From an uncultured virus (IMG/VR IMGVR_UViG_3300007754_000002) (taxonomy: Duplodnaviria > Heunggongvirae > Uroviricota > Caudoviricetes): a stretch of DNA of 64,000 nucleotides. Below, piece by piece: positions 1 through 9,561 of the stretch. A program made the position numbers and the translations under genes. Every line of letters starts with the position of its first letter. The first letter of the stretch is position 1. Under the pieces are notes generated by a model. The model saw only the letters and a list, made by a program, of their open reading frames with translations, was not told the origin of the DNA and ran no database searches. The stretch is from the IMG/VR virus record IMGVR_UViG_3300007754_000002, one strand, 5' to 3'.

Positions 1-79
1 CTCGCCATCCACAACCGCATCTATCACCTCAACTCAACTATTGGTCCGTCAATAGCTAATACGAGTCAGCGGTGAGGAG

Positions 80-385
80 TTACCGATAAAGGACGACGGC
101 GTTGCTGGAGTGTCCAACGGGAAAGCAGGTCCCGAGCACCCCGGCGTTGATTTGACAGAGAGCGACTTTCTGGTCCTTCTCGACGGGTGTTGTCCCGGTA
201 AAGGAACCGGAACAGGACCAGACGGCTCCGACGCGAATCCGGCACTGCTGGAAGCGGCCCTCTCTCAGGACCACCGCCTCCCCGTTGTATCCGGTCGCAG
301 AGCAGGAGGTCACGACTCCCACCGAGGTGGAGCACTCGCGATATTTGAGCGGCGCCGCGAGTACGAGGGGAATCAGCCAGATCAC
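80..385 (-). CDS. Small secreted protein with three Cys-pair repeats
   Basis: Hydrophobic N-terminus MIWLIPLVLAA; three repeats C-x4-G-x3-(S/T)C (ECSTSVGVVTSC, QCRIRVGAVWSC, LCQINAGVLGTC); overlaps the stop of the upstream ORF. Confidence 0.6.
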   Translation of the reverse strand: MIWLIPLVLAAPLKYRECSTSVGVVTSCSATGYNGEAVVLREGRFQQCRIRVGAVWSCSGSFTGTTPVEKDQKVALCQINAGVLGTCFPVGHSSNAVVLYR

Positions 386-843
386 CCCTGCGACTCAAAC
401 AGGGAGTCCAGATCCTCCAAAGCAGCGTCCGTGAAAGGCTCCAGGGTGATCGGGGGGTCTACGGCAGCGGGGTCCGAGACGACATGCTCCGCTCCGAGGA
501 GGGCCCTCCCGGTCAAGGCTTCCGGGACCTGGATGGTCCTCTTGGTTGTGCAGTAGGACTCCAGGTGGGGATGCTTCTCGTAGAGAGCCAGCGCGATGTA
601 TCGGCGGCACTCGTTGGGAATCTTGAACTGAGCCCTCCGGCCTTCCAGACCCCGAGCCGCAGCCCACTGCGGAAAATCCCACCGCACCCGCTCAGTCAAA
701 GCCCCGATCCCGAACTTCTCGTTCGCTCCGGCCTTCTCAAGGGCCAGCTCTTCAAACCGCTGGAACAGCTCTGGGTTGTCGCGAATCCACTCCGCGGTCT
801 TTTCCCACAGCTCAATCTGACGCTTCGCGGTAGCGATATCCAT
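382..843 (-). CDS. Hypothetical phage protein
   Basis: 153-aa ORF with ATG start, purine-rich RBS-like upstream sequence and protein-like composition. Confidence 0.7.
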   Translation of the reverse strand: MDIATAKRQIELWEKTAEWIRDNPELFQRFEELALEKAGANEKFGIGALTERVRWDFPQWAAARGLEGRRAQFKIPNECRRYIALALYEKHPHLESYCTTKRTIQVPEALTGRALLGAEHVVSDPAAVDPPITLEPFTDAALEDLDSLFESQG

Positions 844-914
844 GTATCACCTCGCCCTTTATTACGTCCGGCAACAGCCTTCTGGGCTACCTAGAGCAAG
901 GGATTTATGAGTGG

Positions 915-1319
915 CTAATCGAGGAGATCCGCGAGCCAAGACGAAGCGTTCTCCTGAACAGTGCTCTCCCGCCGCTGGACCCTTTGCCGGATCCTCTCCA
1001 GGTCGAAGTCAGAGAGCAGCCACCGCTCTCGCTCACCGTCCGGGGTATCCACTTCAACGCCTGTATAAGAAGAAGCTTCCCGGGCGAATTTCCGCTCAGT
1101 GTTCGTGACCACTGAGAATACCCCACGCCGCCCTGGGATCTCGTCCTCAGGGTTCTTCTGAGCCCGCGAGCGAAATGTCTCCCGCTCCTCTCGGGTCACG
1201 AGCCAGTATTCCTCAGCGTCGCCGGAGTAGTCCGCCTGAGCCTTCAGGAACCAGTAGTGGTCGTCCGTTCCGAGGGCGGGGTCGAGGTTCTCCACCCACT
1301 TGAGCTTTCCGAGTGCCAC
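915..1319 (-). CDS. Hypothetical protein with internal duplication
   Basis: GTG at 1319 follows AGGAGG; two similar segments YWLVTREERETFRSRAQKN and RWLLSDFDLERIRQRVQRR. Confidence 0.65.
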   Translation of the reverse strand: MALGKLKWVENLDPALGTDDHYWFLKAQADYSGDAEEYWLVTREERETFRSRAQKNPEDEIPGRRGVFSVVTNTERKFAREASSYTGVEVDTPDGERERWLLSDFDLERIRQRVQRRESTVQENASSWLADLLD

Positions 1320-1347
1320 AGTAGACCTCCTATATAGGAGCCCCACC

Positions 1348-1602
1348 CTACTCGGAATCGACGACCCCGAATAACTTCTTCACCTCTCGGAACCTGTAAC
1401 CGTCCGCGATGAGGGAGGAGATCTGGTCAAAGATCTTCCTCTCTCGGGTCTCCGAGAGAGGGGTGTTCTCTGGATGGACCCTCCGGCGAGCGAAGCACAG
1501 CCCACCATCCTCGCAGTCTACAAGAATGACAGGTGATCCGATCACCTCGGAGTCAGGACGCGGCGGGATGCCAACGCACCCGCATGTGAATTTGACTAGC
1601 AT
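1348..1602 (-). CDS. Hypothetical protein, probably leaderless
   Basis: ATG lies 7 nt after a TCGTATA motif (1610-1616, minus strand). Confidence 0.65.
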   Translation of the reverse strand: MLVKFTCGCVGIPPRPDSEVIGSPVILVDCEDGGLCFARRRVHPENTPLSETRERKIFDQISSLIADGYRFREVKKLFGVVDSE

Positions 1603-1617
1603 GTCCAGATATACGAG

Positions 1618-3756
1618 TCAGCCCGCGAAACTTCCCTTCTTTCCCAGGTAAAAATTCTTGACCCACCGCTCCGCGACCTTCGGAAGGTGCATCCAGGCGT
1701 CGAAAGTCTCGTCAAACACGACCTCGGGGTAGGTCTTCCGGAGGCCCCGGTAGATCTTGATAGCGTCCCTCATACGCTCCCGAGCCGGCTCTATGCGGCG
1801 AGCCCCGCCCCGAGAGTCAGGCTCGTAGCCGTAACTGATGATGGACATGCAGATGTTCAGGGCGAGCTTAGCGAAGCTCGGGTTGAACCCCCGGAAGCCG
1901 TCTCGACCTTCCGCGAGGGCGAGCATGACCTTCTCGTGTTCTCCCTCTCGGTTGACCAGCCCCGCGGCGATCCTCATGATGTTGGTGTCGAACCAGGGGT
2001 ACCAGCGGCTTCGGAAGAGGAAAGGGGGGATGGGGTAAGCCGTCTTGTCCGTGTACGGGACCAGGGGGAATCCCTTCTCATGCCACTCCCGCCCGTTCCC
2101 GCCGACACACATCAGGTGGTCCGCCGCACGAGCCAGAGCCCTGGCCTTCGCCTCCTCCGAGAGATCCTCCCACCGCTTTTCGCTCGCGAACAGGGTCGGC
2201 CACTGGCGGACGCTCTGCCATAGGGTCTGCTCGGCCGTCCAGTTGATCGCCGCTCTCTTGGCGTCGAAATCCTCAAGGGGCTCGGGGCCCCTGACCCGAG
2301 TAATCTTGACGTACACCGAAATCTCCCGCCCCTCCCGATGGAAGTTACGGAAGCGGTAGACTCCGGGGGGCACCCCGACCACGGTGACGATCGACATGTC
2401 GCCCTCGCGGCGGGTGTACTCATCCAGGTCGGCGGCGCCGTACCACCACAGCTCCGTAGAGATACTCGCGACCTCTTCTCCCTGGAAAGCAGCGAGTATC
2501 TCGGGATCGTTAGGCACCCAATCCCTCGCCTCAGCATCCCAGACTTCTTCCTGGATTCCCCGTTGGATTTCCAGTGACCCGTCGGGCATCCGGTAGACCC
2601 CGGGGCAGGTATTTCCGACGTAGCCGGTCGCGAGACCGACCTCAGCGGCAACCAAGGTCTCCCCATGTTGCCAGAGCGGACCATCAGTTGATGTACGGCT
2701 AGACCGATTGGAAGGGAACCAGTCCCTCAGATCGTTCCCGAAGACGATTTTTCCCGACGGAACGTTCAGCTCGATATCCGTGTGGGGGAGACCTTCTGGA
2801 CGGGAGCAAGGTTCCCCATCAGAGAACCTCAACACCTTGCCGTTGGTCATCAACTTCAGCCGCCGCTCGCAGTAAGGACAACGATACCTTTCGATGAATG
2901 AGAGCTGAACCCACTCGGAAGGGGGCCCTCCATTGAGAGCCCGGAGGAGGCTCTTGGGGATATTGTCAGGCAAGGAGTAGCTTCGCACTCGAAAATCTCG
3001 TACCGAGACCACCGCTCCTGACTTGAAGTGCCCCTGGCAATCCAGATCCAACCCCGTGATGAGACTGGCGATGAAGCCTCTGGGAGACTGGTCACGGAGA
3101 GGCTGGAGATGTTCTCCCGTCACCCGGGCGAGGCGGCGACCGAACTTGACGATGAAGACTGGCTTGCTCTTCATCTCCCGAACGATCGTGACTTCGATTG
3201 GCTGTTTGGGCTTGACGACCTCATCGAGACCGAACTGGAGACGCTGATCGTAGCGGAGAGATTTGTCTCTCGTCTGGGAAGCTACCCACCCCGTAACAGG
3301 GGTAACTCGGCAGGTGCCTGCCTCCGACACTTTCACGAGGTGCCCCTTCGGGAGCCTCCCCCCTTCCAAGGTGGGCCTGGGCGAGCCTGTAGTGGTCCGC
3401 CAGTCTCCGATCAGCCGCGCCTTTGATCCCGGCAGGAACGGGGTGAACGGCTCCCGAGCATCATGGAACGCCTGGAGTTCCTTCTCGGTCGCGGTCTCTC
3501 CAACAGCCGCCCTGTTCAAGCCTCCGGTCAACCGAGACCGCAGCCGTTCTTCAGTTTCAGCCCACGGGTCCACCCGAGGCTCCCGAGGCCGCCGCAGATG
3601 ACGTTCAAGGAACATCAGCTCTTCACCATCTACCTCTCCAAGGTAGACAACATCCGTCCCCTGGATCTGAGGGCCAGAGCGGATAAGAACAGGGGTTCCA
3701 GGTTCGTAGCCGAACAGGGAATCTATCAGGACAGCGGGTTCATTGAGCCGAAGCAT
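1618..3756 (-). CDS. Large hypothetical protein (about 712 aa, one CxxC)
   Basis: Long ORF; start moved to ATG 3756, 7 nt after the promoter motif at 3764-3790. Confidence 0.75.
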   Translation of the reverse strand: MLRLNEPAVLIDSLFGYEPGTPVLIRSGPQIQGTDVVYLGEVDGEELMFLERHLRRPREPRVDPWAETEERLRSRLTGGLNRAAVGETATEKELQAFHDAREPFTPFLPGSKARLIGDWRTTTGSPRPTLEGGRLPKGHLVKVSEAGTCRVTPVTGWVASQTRDKSLRYDQRLQFGLDEVVKPKQPIEVTIVREMKSKPVFIVKFGRRLARVTGEHLQPLRDQSPRGFIASLITGLDLDCQGHFKSGAVVSVRDFRVRSYSLPDNIPKSLLRALNGGPPSEWVQLSFIERYRCPYCERRLKLMTNGKVLRFSDGEPCSRPEGLPHTDIELNVPSGKIVFGNDLRDWFPSNRSSRTSTDGPLWQHGETLVAAEVGLATGYVGNTCPGVYRMPDGSLEIQRGIQEEVWDAEARDWVPNDPEILAAFQGEEVASISTELWWYGAADLDEYTRREGDMSIVTVVGVPPGVYRFRNFHREGREISVYVKITRVRGPEPLEDFDAKRAAINWTAEQTLWQSVRQWPTLFASEKRWEDLSEEAKARALARAADHLMCVGGNGREWHEKGFPLVPYTDKTAYPIPPFLFRSRWYPWFDTNIMRIAAGLVNREGEHEKVMLALAEGRDGFRGFNPSFAKLALNICMSIISYGYEPDSRGGARRIEPARERMRDAIKIYRGLRKTYPEVVFDETFDAWMHLPKVAERWVKNFYLGKKGSFAG

Positions 3757-3845
3757 ATGGAGGTATACGAACGAGTCTAGGAAAATCCCCCCGTGTGATA
3801 GTCCTTTTATCCTCATCGTGGAGTGACCCTTCCCCCGGACCCGTG

Positions 3846-4178
3846 ATGAGAGTCAGCCCAGAACGAGTCGCCCTCAGGTGGTTGGAGGCAAGAAAGGTCA
3901 ACAGGACGGATCCTGGGGCTCTCCTGTCCCTCCTGTCGCGTTTGTTGAAGCGGGACGATCCCAAGGCCCTACCAGCAGTCAAGAGCCTCTCACGAGCCAT
4001 TCAGGGAGCCTGGGGAGACCGTGAGGAGCTAGAGGGAAAGGCCCCACAACACCCTCGTCTGAACAAGGAACGTGCGAACAGCGTGGTGGACTATCTCTAC
4101 TGGCTGGTTGTGGTGAAGAACCAGCTAGAGGAGGTGGGGCCCGCTTTCCAAGCATTTCGGAGGGCCCTTGACTCCTGA
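3846..4178 (+). CDS. Hypothetical protein with N-terminal RVALRW peptide
   Basis: MRVSPERVALRWLEA; preceded by the ATAG-N5-TTAT motif at 3798. Confidence 0.65.
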   Translation: MRVSPERVALRWLEARKVNRTDPGALLSLLSRLLKRDDPKALPAVKSLSRAIQGAWGDREELEGKAPQHPRLNKERANSVVDYLYWLVVVKNQLEEVGPAFQAFRRALDS

Positions 4179-5520
4179 CGCTTCAAAGGTAGCTACCCGA
4201 TGGCTCCGCGGTGGTTTGTTGCAGCCCCCTCCTGCGATGGTTCAAGCCATTACGACCTGGACTCTCGCGGTCCAGGCAAACCGCGGGCTGAAGAGCCTCG
4301 CGGAGGAAGAGGAGAACGCTCGCCAATGGGCTGATCGGGAGCGGGAGCGGTTGAGGCCGCTCTCAGAGGCCCTTCAGACTTACAGGACTCATCTGACTTC
4401 GTGGAAGAAGTATAAGGCAGCCCATGAGGCCGCCTGGATCTTCGGGAGCCCCGGTCAGCGTTGGCCCATCCGGGATTTCCAGAAGATGACGCCGGACAAG
4501 CGGCGAGCCCTGGAGGACAAGGCAAAGCGTTGGCTCGCGAGGCTGGAAGAACGAGCCGAAGCATCCATCCAGAGAGGCGAGATGCAGCTCCCGAGGATTC
4601 GGGAGGAGAGGGCCCGGCTCCAGACATACACGCAGCCAGGGGTAACTATCACGGAGTCCCCTGCGGTTCAGAAGTTTGAAGTGGACCTGACCGACTGGAA
4701 ATACGGCGAACACCTCAAGCAGAAGGTCATGGAGCACGCCACGAGCTTCGCCCAGGGCTTTTCCCCGTCATCCATGACTCCCGAGCAGGCGAAGTTCATA
4801 AATCGAGCCCTGGAGAGGGCTCGTGAGTATTGGAGCCACGTCAAGGTCGTGTTGGCTGAGAAAGCCGTTCGTCAAGAAGCGGGCCACTGGCAGGATGCCT
4901 CTAGGACGCTTCGGATCGTCATGCCGACCGGGGCGGCGCCGTACCAGCTTCGCCGTCTCCGGGAGATCATCAACCACGAGCTGAGGCACTTCTCCCAGGG
5001 CTTTCTGACCTACGCAGTAGGCTACTACCAGGAGAGATACCTGGAGCGTAAGCCCTCCCCTGGACTCCCTTCACGCCACATCATGACTCCGGAGATCACC
5101 CAGGGAGGTCCAGCACCCCAGACTCTCCGAGAGCAGTTTGAGGCTGAGCTGGACGCTCAGGGAGTGGAGCCCAGAATCAAGCGTCTCCTTCTTCGCAAGA
5201 TGGACATTGACCTCCACGCCCTCGACGACGTGGAGTTCTACACCCGACTTGCTGACGCAGCGGGCCGCTTTGCGGACGCCCTGGAGGAGAGCCCCGGACT
5301 CACCGCTCAGCAACAGCGAGAGCTGTTGAAGATCTTCGTAGGGGCGTCCCCTGATCCCTTAGCGGTCTCGGGTCAGTGGGATTACCCCCTGATCCAGTCC
5401 TACGGGGGAAGCGAGGTACTCCGTCGCTTCCAGCCCGACAAGTTCTTCACCACCTTGCTTCGATTTGCCCGCGGCAAGTGGAAGAAGGCGGTTGGAGAGT
5501 TGGTCTCCCTCGCCCTCTAG
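4168..5520 (+). CDS. Putative zincin-like (HExxH) protein with N-terminal KVATRW peptide
   Basis: 450-aa ORF; INHELRHFSQ plus downstream DDVEFY (possible third zinc ligand). Confidence 0.6.
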   Translation: MTPDASKVATRWLRGGLLQPPPAMVQAITTWTLAVQANRGLKSLAEEEENARQWADRERERLRPLSEALQTYRTHLTSWKKYKAAHEAAWIFGSPGQRWPIRDFQKMTPDKRRALEDKAKRWLARLEERAEASIQRGEMQLPRIREERARLQTYTQPGVTITESPAVQKFEVDLTDWKYGEHLKQKVMEHATSFAQGFSPSSMTPEQAKFINRALERAREYWSHVKVVLAEKAVRQEAGHWQDASRTLRIVMPTGAAPYQLRRLREIINHELRHFSQGFLTYAVGYYQERYLERKPSPGLPSRHIMTPEITQGGPAPQTLREQFEAELDAQGVEPRIKRLLLRKMDIDLHALDDVEFYTRLADAAGRFADALEESPGLTAQQQRELLKIFVGASPDPLAVSGQWDYPLIQSYGGSEVLRRFQPDKFFTTLLRFARGKWKKAVGELVSLAL

Positions 5521-5726
5521 TACCCGAAGGGCACCTTAAACAGCGAGATGACCTTGCTCGCGTCCGTGGGATCCACGTCGCTGATACAGCCCATGTCCAG
5601 CAGGTCTCCCGCCGCCATGAGGTTGAGCACGGTGAGGAGGTTGAACCCCGCCTTCTTGGCCTGGATGCTGCTGAACTGCTGATGGCCGAAGGTAGCCTTC
5701 AGGGCAGTGGGGGTGGTCGGGGACAT
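5517..5726 (-). CDS. Small hypothetical protein
   Basis: AGGAGG RBS and perfect promoter motif (5751-5777) upstream of ATG 5726. Confidence 0.65.
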   Translation of the reverse strand: MSPTTPTALKATFGHQQFSSIQAKKAGFNLLTVLNLMAAGDLLDMGCISDVDPTDASKVISLFKVPFGY

Positions 5727-5750
5727 GGTGTGTACCTCCTGTTGTAGAAG

Positions 5751-5777
5751 TATACGACCCACCCCAGAAAAGTTACC
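5751..5777 (-). promoter_or_regulatory. Phage promoter motif, minus-strand copy
   Basis: GGTAACTTTTCTGGGGTGGGTCGTATA, 26 of 27 nt identical to the 30717 copy. Confidence 0.85.
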
Positions 5778-6014
5778 GGGCCCCCTCTCGAAAAATAGAA
5801 CGCCCGTCCCCACTGAGGCGGAAGCCGTTGGCTGCCCGAGCCAGATCGAAGAGTCGAACGTTGCAGTCTTGGCAATGCAAGAATCGGATGGGTCCTCCGG
5901 GAGGGATCAGGGTCCCTTTCTTGGTCCCCATCCAGAACCCATCCGGGGGGCCTGGATAGCAGCGGTAGCAGAGAGCCCAATCGGGATTCCAGATGTTCAA
6001 GTATCCGATGGTTT

Positions 6015-6260
6015 TCATACAGGATCGTGCCAGTCAAGACGCCAGTTGTAGGGTTCCTCGTAGCGGTCAAGCTCTTCACTGACGGCTTTCCTGGTCATAG
6101 AACCATTCCACGCGACCGGGGCACCCGTTGGGGAGTACGTCATCTTCCGGACGATGAAACTTCTGGAGCCGTCATCAGCTTCCAAGGCCAGCTCTTGCCA
6201 CTTGAGGGGAGCGACGAATCTTGTGAACCGCTGACCCGCATACAGGTGTCGTTTAGACAT
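6015..6260 (-). CDS. Hypothetical protein (coupled to 5773..6018)
   Basis: ATG with GAGG upstream; ATGA overlap with the next ORF. Confidence 0.55.
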   Translation of the reverse strand: MSKRHLYAGQRFTRFVAPLKWQELALEADDGSRSFIVRKMTYSPTGAPVAWNGSMTRKAVSEELDRYEEPYNWRLDWHDPV

Positions 6261-6343
6261 AGAGCAACCTCGCTACGGAGTCTTACGGTCAGGGCTCCAG
6301 TCGATAGCCTCCCTATAGGGCTCTGAGGTCAAAGGAGAGCCTC

Positions 6344-6925
6344 ATGGTTCAGGCTAACGCTTCAAGAGTGGCCTTCCGATATCAGGTGATCAAGACCGCT
6401 CGGGCTCTGAGCCTTTCTCAAGCTCTCGCGATTCTGGGCTTGGATCGAAAGACGGATCAAGCTGAAGCCAAGAGGGTTTATCGAGCCCTGGCGATGCGGG
6501 CTCACCCGGATCGTGGAGGCCAGCCCGGTGAGATGGTTCGGGTAAATGCCGCCTGGGAGGTGATTCAGGGGGCTTATGCGGGCGGGCTGATGGGTCAGGG
6601 GGCCAATAAGCCTTCCGCGGAGGAGACTTACCGGCGAGTCAAGGCGGTCTTTGACCGGGCTCAGGCGGGAGACCTGTTGGAAATCGTCTTCGACGGGAAA
6701 TCGTCCTCCTCCCCGCCTTCCACTCGTCGGGTGCTGGTTGAGGAACGAGACAACAGCCTCTCCCACACCCACCTCTACGTCTTCCCAGCTCGGAGAAATC
6801 GCCGGAGCCAGATGGGCGCGATCATGGACTACGGCTCCAACAAGGGGGGCGGTGTCTATTTCCAGGCGACGCTGAGGCAGCAGGTTCGACGGGTCCGCGA
6901 GATGAAGATCGTCGGTCAGATGTGA
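6344..6925 (+). CDS. J-domain (DnaJ-type) protein with N-terminal RVAFRY peptide
   Basis: ALAILGL...AKRVYRALAMRAHPDRGG...MVRVNAAWEVI is a classical J-domain with HPD; AGGAG RBS. Confidence 0.85.
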   Translation: MVQANASRVAFRYQVIKTARALSLSQALAILGLDRKTDQAEAKRVYRALAMRAHPDRGGQPGEMVRVNAAWEVIQGAYAGGLMGQGANKPSAEETYRRVKAVFDRAQAGDLLEIVFDGKSSSSPPSTRRVLVEERDNSLSHTHLYVFPARRNRRSQMGAIMDYGSNKGGGVYFQATLRQQVRRVREMKIVGQM

Positions 6926-8058
6926 TTCTCTGACCGACGGACGGGGGCTCTCACGGTCAGGTCTTTTTCGACGATCTGGTACACGTCGGAGCACGCCCGG
7001 AGGGAGTCGTTCTTGACTCCCAGCATGATGCTATGGAGCCTTAGACGCCGCTTCTCCAAGGCGGCCCTGATCGCCTTGGGGTTGAGGTTGTGGTTGTCCT
7101 CACCGTCCGTGACGATCACGATCTCGCCTTCAGTGTACTCCCGCCCGTCGTGATCCCGGATAGCTCTCGCGAGAGCTGCTCCGATGTTGGTGTCACTGAT
7201 CGTGGGGTGGTCCTGAAGGATGGTCTTCCGGAACTTGAGAGCCTGAGCGGGGGTCACCACCTTCGCCCTGGGGCTCACCCTTCCGCCGAAGGCTCGAATG
7301 TTGAAGGGCACGTTGGAGCGGATCGCCTTTTCCAGCAGGCGGAGGAGGACCCCTTTCCAGACAGGGCCTCGCCAAGGGGCGGAGCCTTGTTTCATGCTGG
7401 GCGAGCAATCCCAGAGTACATCCAGGGTTCGGAGCACCACTTTGTACTCCGGCTCGTGGATATCTTCCATCTGGGCAGTAGTCTCAGTCCACATGCTCAC
7501 CAGGGCTTCCCCGGAAGCGATACGGGCACGACGGATCTTGAGTGGGAGAGCCCGCTCGCTGGGGAGCAGGCGATGTGCTTCATGGAAGCCTCGGATCGGT
7601 CGAATCATGTCCTGGTCCGCGGGGTAGGGGACTTCAGCCACGGTGTAGCCGATCGCTTTGGCCCCGGTCACCCGATGACCGACAAGAATCCTCTCACGAG
7701 TGGGCTTCACATGCCCGCAAAGCTCCTCGATCACATCTCTGAGCCGGAAGTTGTGCTTATGTAGCTCTTCCTCCCACTCTTTCTGGACGGTATCCCAACT
7801 CGTCAGGTCCGGGCTGGGAGCCAGTTCAGGAACCTTCGGGGGAGGAGGAGGCTTGGTCTCGGGGGCGGGATCCGGGACTTCTTCCTCTTCTTCGACCTCC
7901 GGTTCGGGGTTATTAGGAAGAGGAGGCGTCTCCGGAAGAGTCGGGCCAGGGAGTTGCGGCCTCCTCCCTCCGATGAAGCGGGCGATGAGATAGCTCCCCG
8001 CCCCACCGACTGCGAGGATCGCCGTGGTCACCAGGATGAGGAGGGCCTCAGGGCCCAT
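6916..8058 (-). CDS. Membrane-anchored vWA (MIDAS) domain protein, ViaA-like partner of the MoxR ATPase
   Basis: N-terminal TM segment, Pro/Glu linker, MIDAS DCSPS ... DTNIGAAL ... VTDGED. Confidence 0.85.
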   Translation of the reverse strand: MGPEALLILVTTAILAVGGAGSYLIARFIGGRRPQLPGPTLPETPPLPNNPEPEVEEEEEVPDPAPETKPPPPPKVPELAPSPDLTSWDTVQKEWEEELHKHNFRLRDVIEELCGHVKPTRERILVGHRVTGAKAIGYTVAEVPYPADQDMIRPIRGFHEAHRLLPSERALPLKIRRARIASGEALVSMWTETTAQMEDIHEPEYKVVLRTLDVLWDCSPSMKQGSAPWRGPVWKGVLLRLLEKAIRSNVPFNIRAFGGRVSPRAKVVTPAQALKFRKTILQDHPTISDTNIGAALARAIRDHDGREYTEGEIVIVTDGEDNHNLNPKAIRAALEKRRLRLHSIMLGVKNDSLRACSDVYQIVEKDLTVRAPVRRSENHI

Positions 8059-9561
8059 TCAAGTTCCCCACTGAGCCAACAGGTCGTCCACTTCCTTCTT
8101 CGCCCATCTCTTATTGAGGATTTCCAGGGCGAGAGAGAGCCTCTGACTGAGGCGGGAGTGAGCCACCACGGTCTCGTGTGACCCGGGGTTGATCTTCGTC
8201 AGGACTTGCTGGAGGGCGAGGGTGTTGTCCCTCGCCTTTTCGAGGCTGGCGTGCGGGATCTCCCCCGGCTTCTCGACGATGTGCTGATCGATGATCGTCA
8301 GCAGGCGGACGTCCGCGTCAATGAGCAGCTTGGCGCACTGCGTGGTCGCCTTGTTGGCCTGATTCTTCACCTCCAAGGCGTCCGCCTGGAAGGTGTTGAG
8401 ATCATCGATGATCCCCTGGAGGAGGGCCTTCAGGGCGAAGACTTCCTTGGAAGCCATCTTGGACAGGTCCACCGAAGCGGGGATCCGACCCGTGATGATT
8501 GAGAGCTTGCTGATCTCGATCTCGATCTCGTGGCGGGCTGACTTGGCAACCCACCGCTTGATCGACTCGCTAGCCTCCCGCTCGACGATGGAGATATCGT
8601 CGAGGCAGGAAGCGAGGACGTGCTGGACTGCCCACAGGTCGTCGAAGGTCGCCTGATCCCGACCACTCAGGAGAGCCTGAGCTTCGACGATCTGGCTGGC
8701 GGCGAGAGACCGACGAGGGGAGAATGGCGGACGTCCCTGACTCTCTCGGGAAGAGGAGATCGACCTCTTCAGCTCGACATAGGCTTCCAAGACATACTTG
8801 TTCGCGAACAAGTTCGGCCTGTGCCCGGTGATCAAGCCGGACACGATGACGATATCCCCCAGGTCGAGCCTGGGGAGGGGGGTGTCGAGCTTTCCTCCCA
8901 GGAAATCCTCGTGCATCTGGAAATCCGCTCGGGGATCCTCAATCCCCGCCGGGATCTCCGCCTTGAACAGAAAGCGATCCACCACCGCTTCAAGTTGACG
9001 GGCCCGCTGGGGCATATCCTCGGGACGGAAGTTGGAGTCGGCCACGCAGGTCATCAGCCGGAGGTTGATCTCCTGAGGACCGTTCTGATATCGCCGCTCG
9101 TTGAGTGCCCCCAGGAGGTTCCTGCTCAGGGCATCGGAGGCGTCGAAGAACTCGCCCATGTGAGCGAGATGAGCCGTCGCCAGAGTCCGATCGGTCATGT
9201 GGACCATGCGGCCGGTCTTCTCCATCTCCCGCACATCGTAGGCGCCGAAGATGTGCGTGTCCGTGGTGAACCGAGTCAGATCCTTGCGGAAGACCTCCGC
9301 CCCCTGGATGCTCCGGAACGCCTTGGAGAACAGCTTGGACTTCGCGGTCCCCGGCGGGCCGATGAAGAGGAGGTGCTCCCTCAACATCAAAGCGAGGTTC
9401 AGTTTGTCGATCACCTCGTCCCGCTCGTAAAACTGCTCCTTCAGGGCAGCCTTGAACGCCGCCAGTCGCTCCAAGGCGATCTCGACCTCATTCCGGGAGG
9501 TGGCGACGTAGTTGCCGTGTAGATCCTTGTACTGAAGACTCACGAATTTGCCTCCGCCCAT
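8059..9561 (-). CDS. MoxR/RavA-family AAA+ ATPase
   Basis: FYERDEVI, REHLLFIGPPGTAKS (Walker A), NLLGALNERRY, EAVVDRFLF, SPRR; Walker B degenerate (HMGEFF); adjacent to a vWA gene. Confidence 0.85.
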   Translation of the reverse strand: MGGGKFVSLQYKDLHGNYVATSRNEVEIALERLAAFKAALKEQFYERDEVIDKLNLALMLREHLLFIGPPGTAKSKLFSKAFRSIQGAEVFRKDLTRFTTDTHIFGAYDVREMEKTGRMVHMTDRTLATAHLAHMGEFFDASDALSRNLLGALNERRYQNGPQEINLRLMTCVADSNFRPEDMPQRARQLEAVVDRFLFKAEIPAGIEDPRADFQMHEDFLGGKLDTPLPRLDLGDIVIVSGLITGHRPNLFANKYVLEAYVELKRSISSSRESQGRPPFSPRRSLAASQIVEAQALLSGRDQATFDDLWAVQHVLASCLDDISIVEREASESIKRWVAKSARHEIEIEISKLSIITGRIPASVDLSKMASKEVFALKALLQGIIDDLNTFQADALEVKNQANKATTQCAKLLIDADVRLLTIIDQHIVEKPGEIPHASLEKARDNTLALQQVLTKINPGSHETVVAHSRLSQRLSLALEILNKRWAKKEVDDLLAQWGT

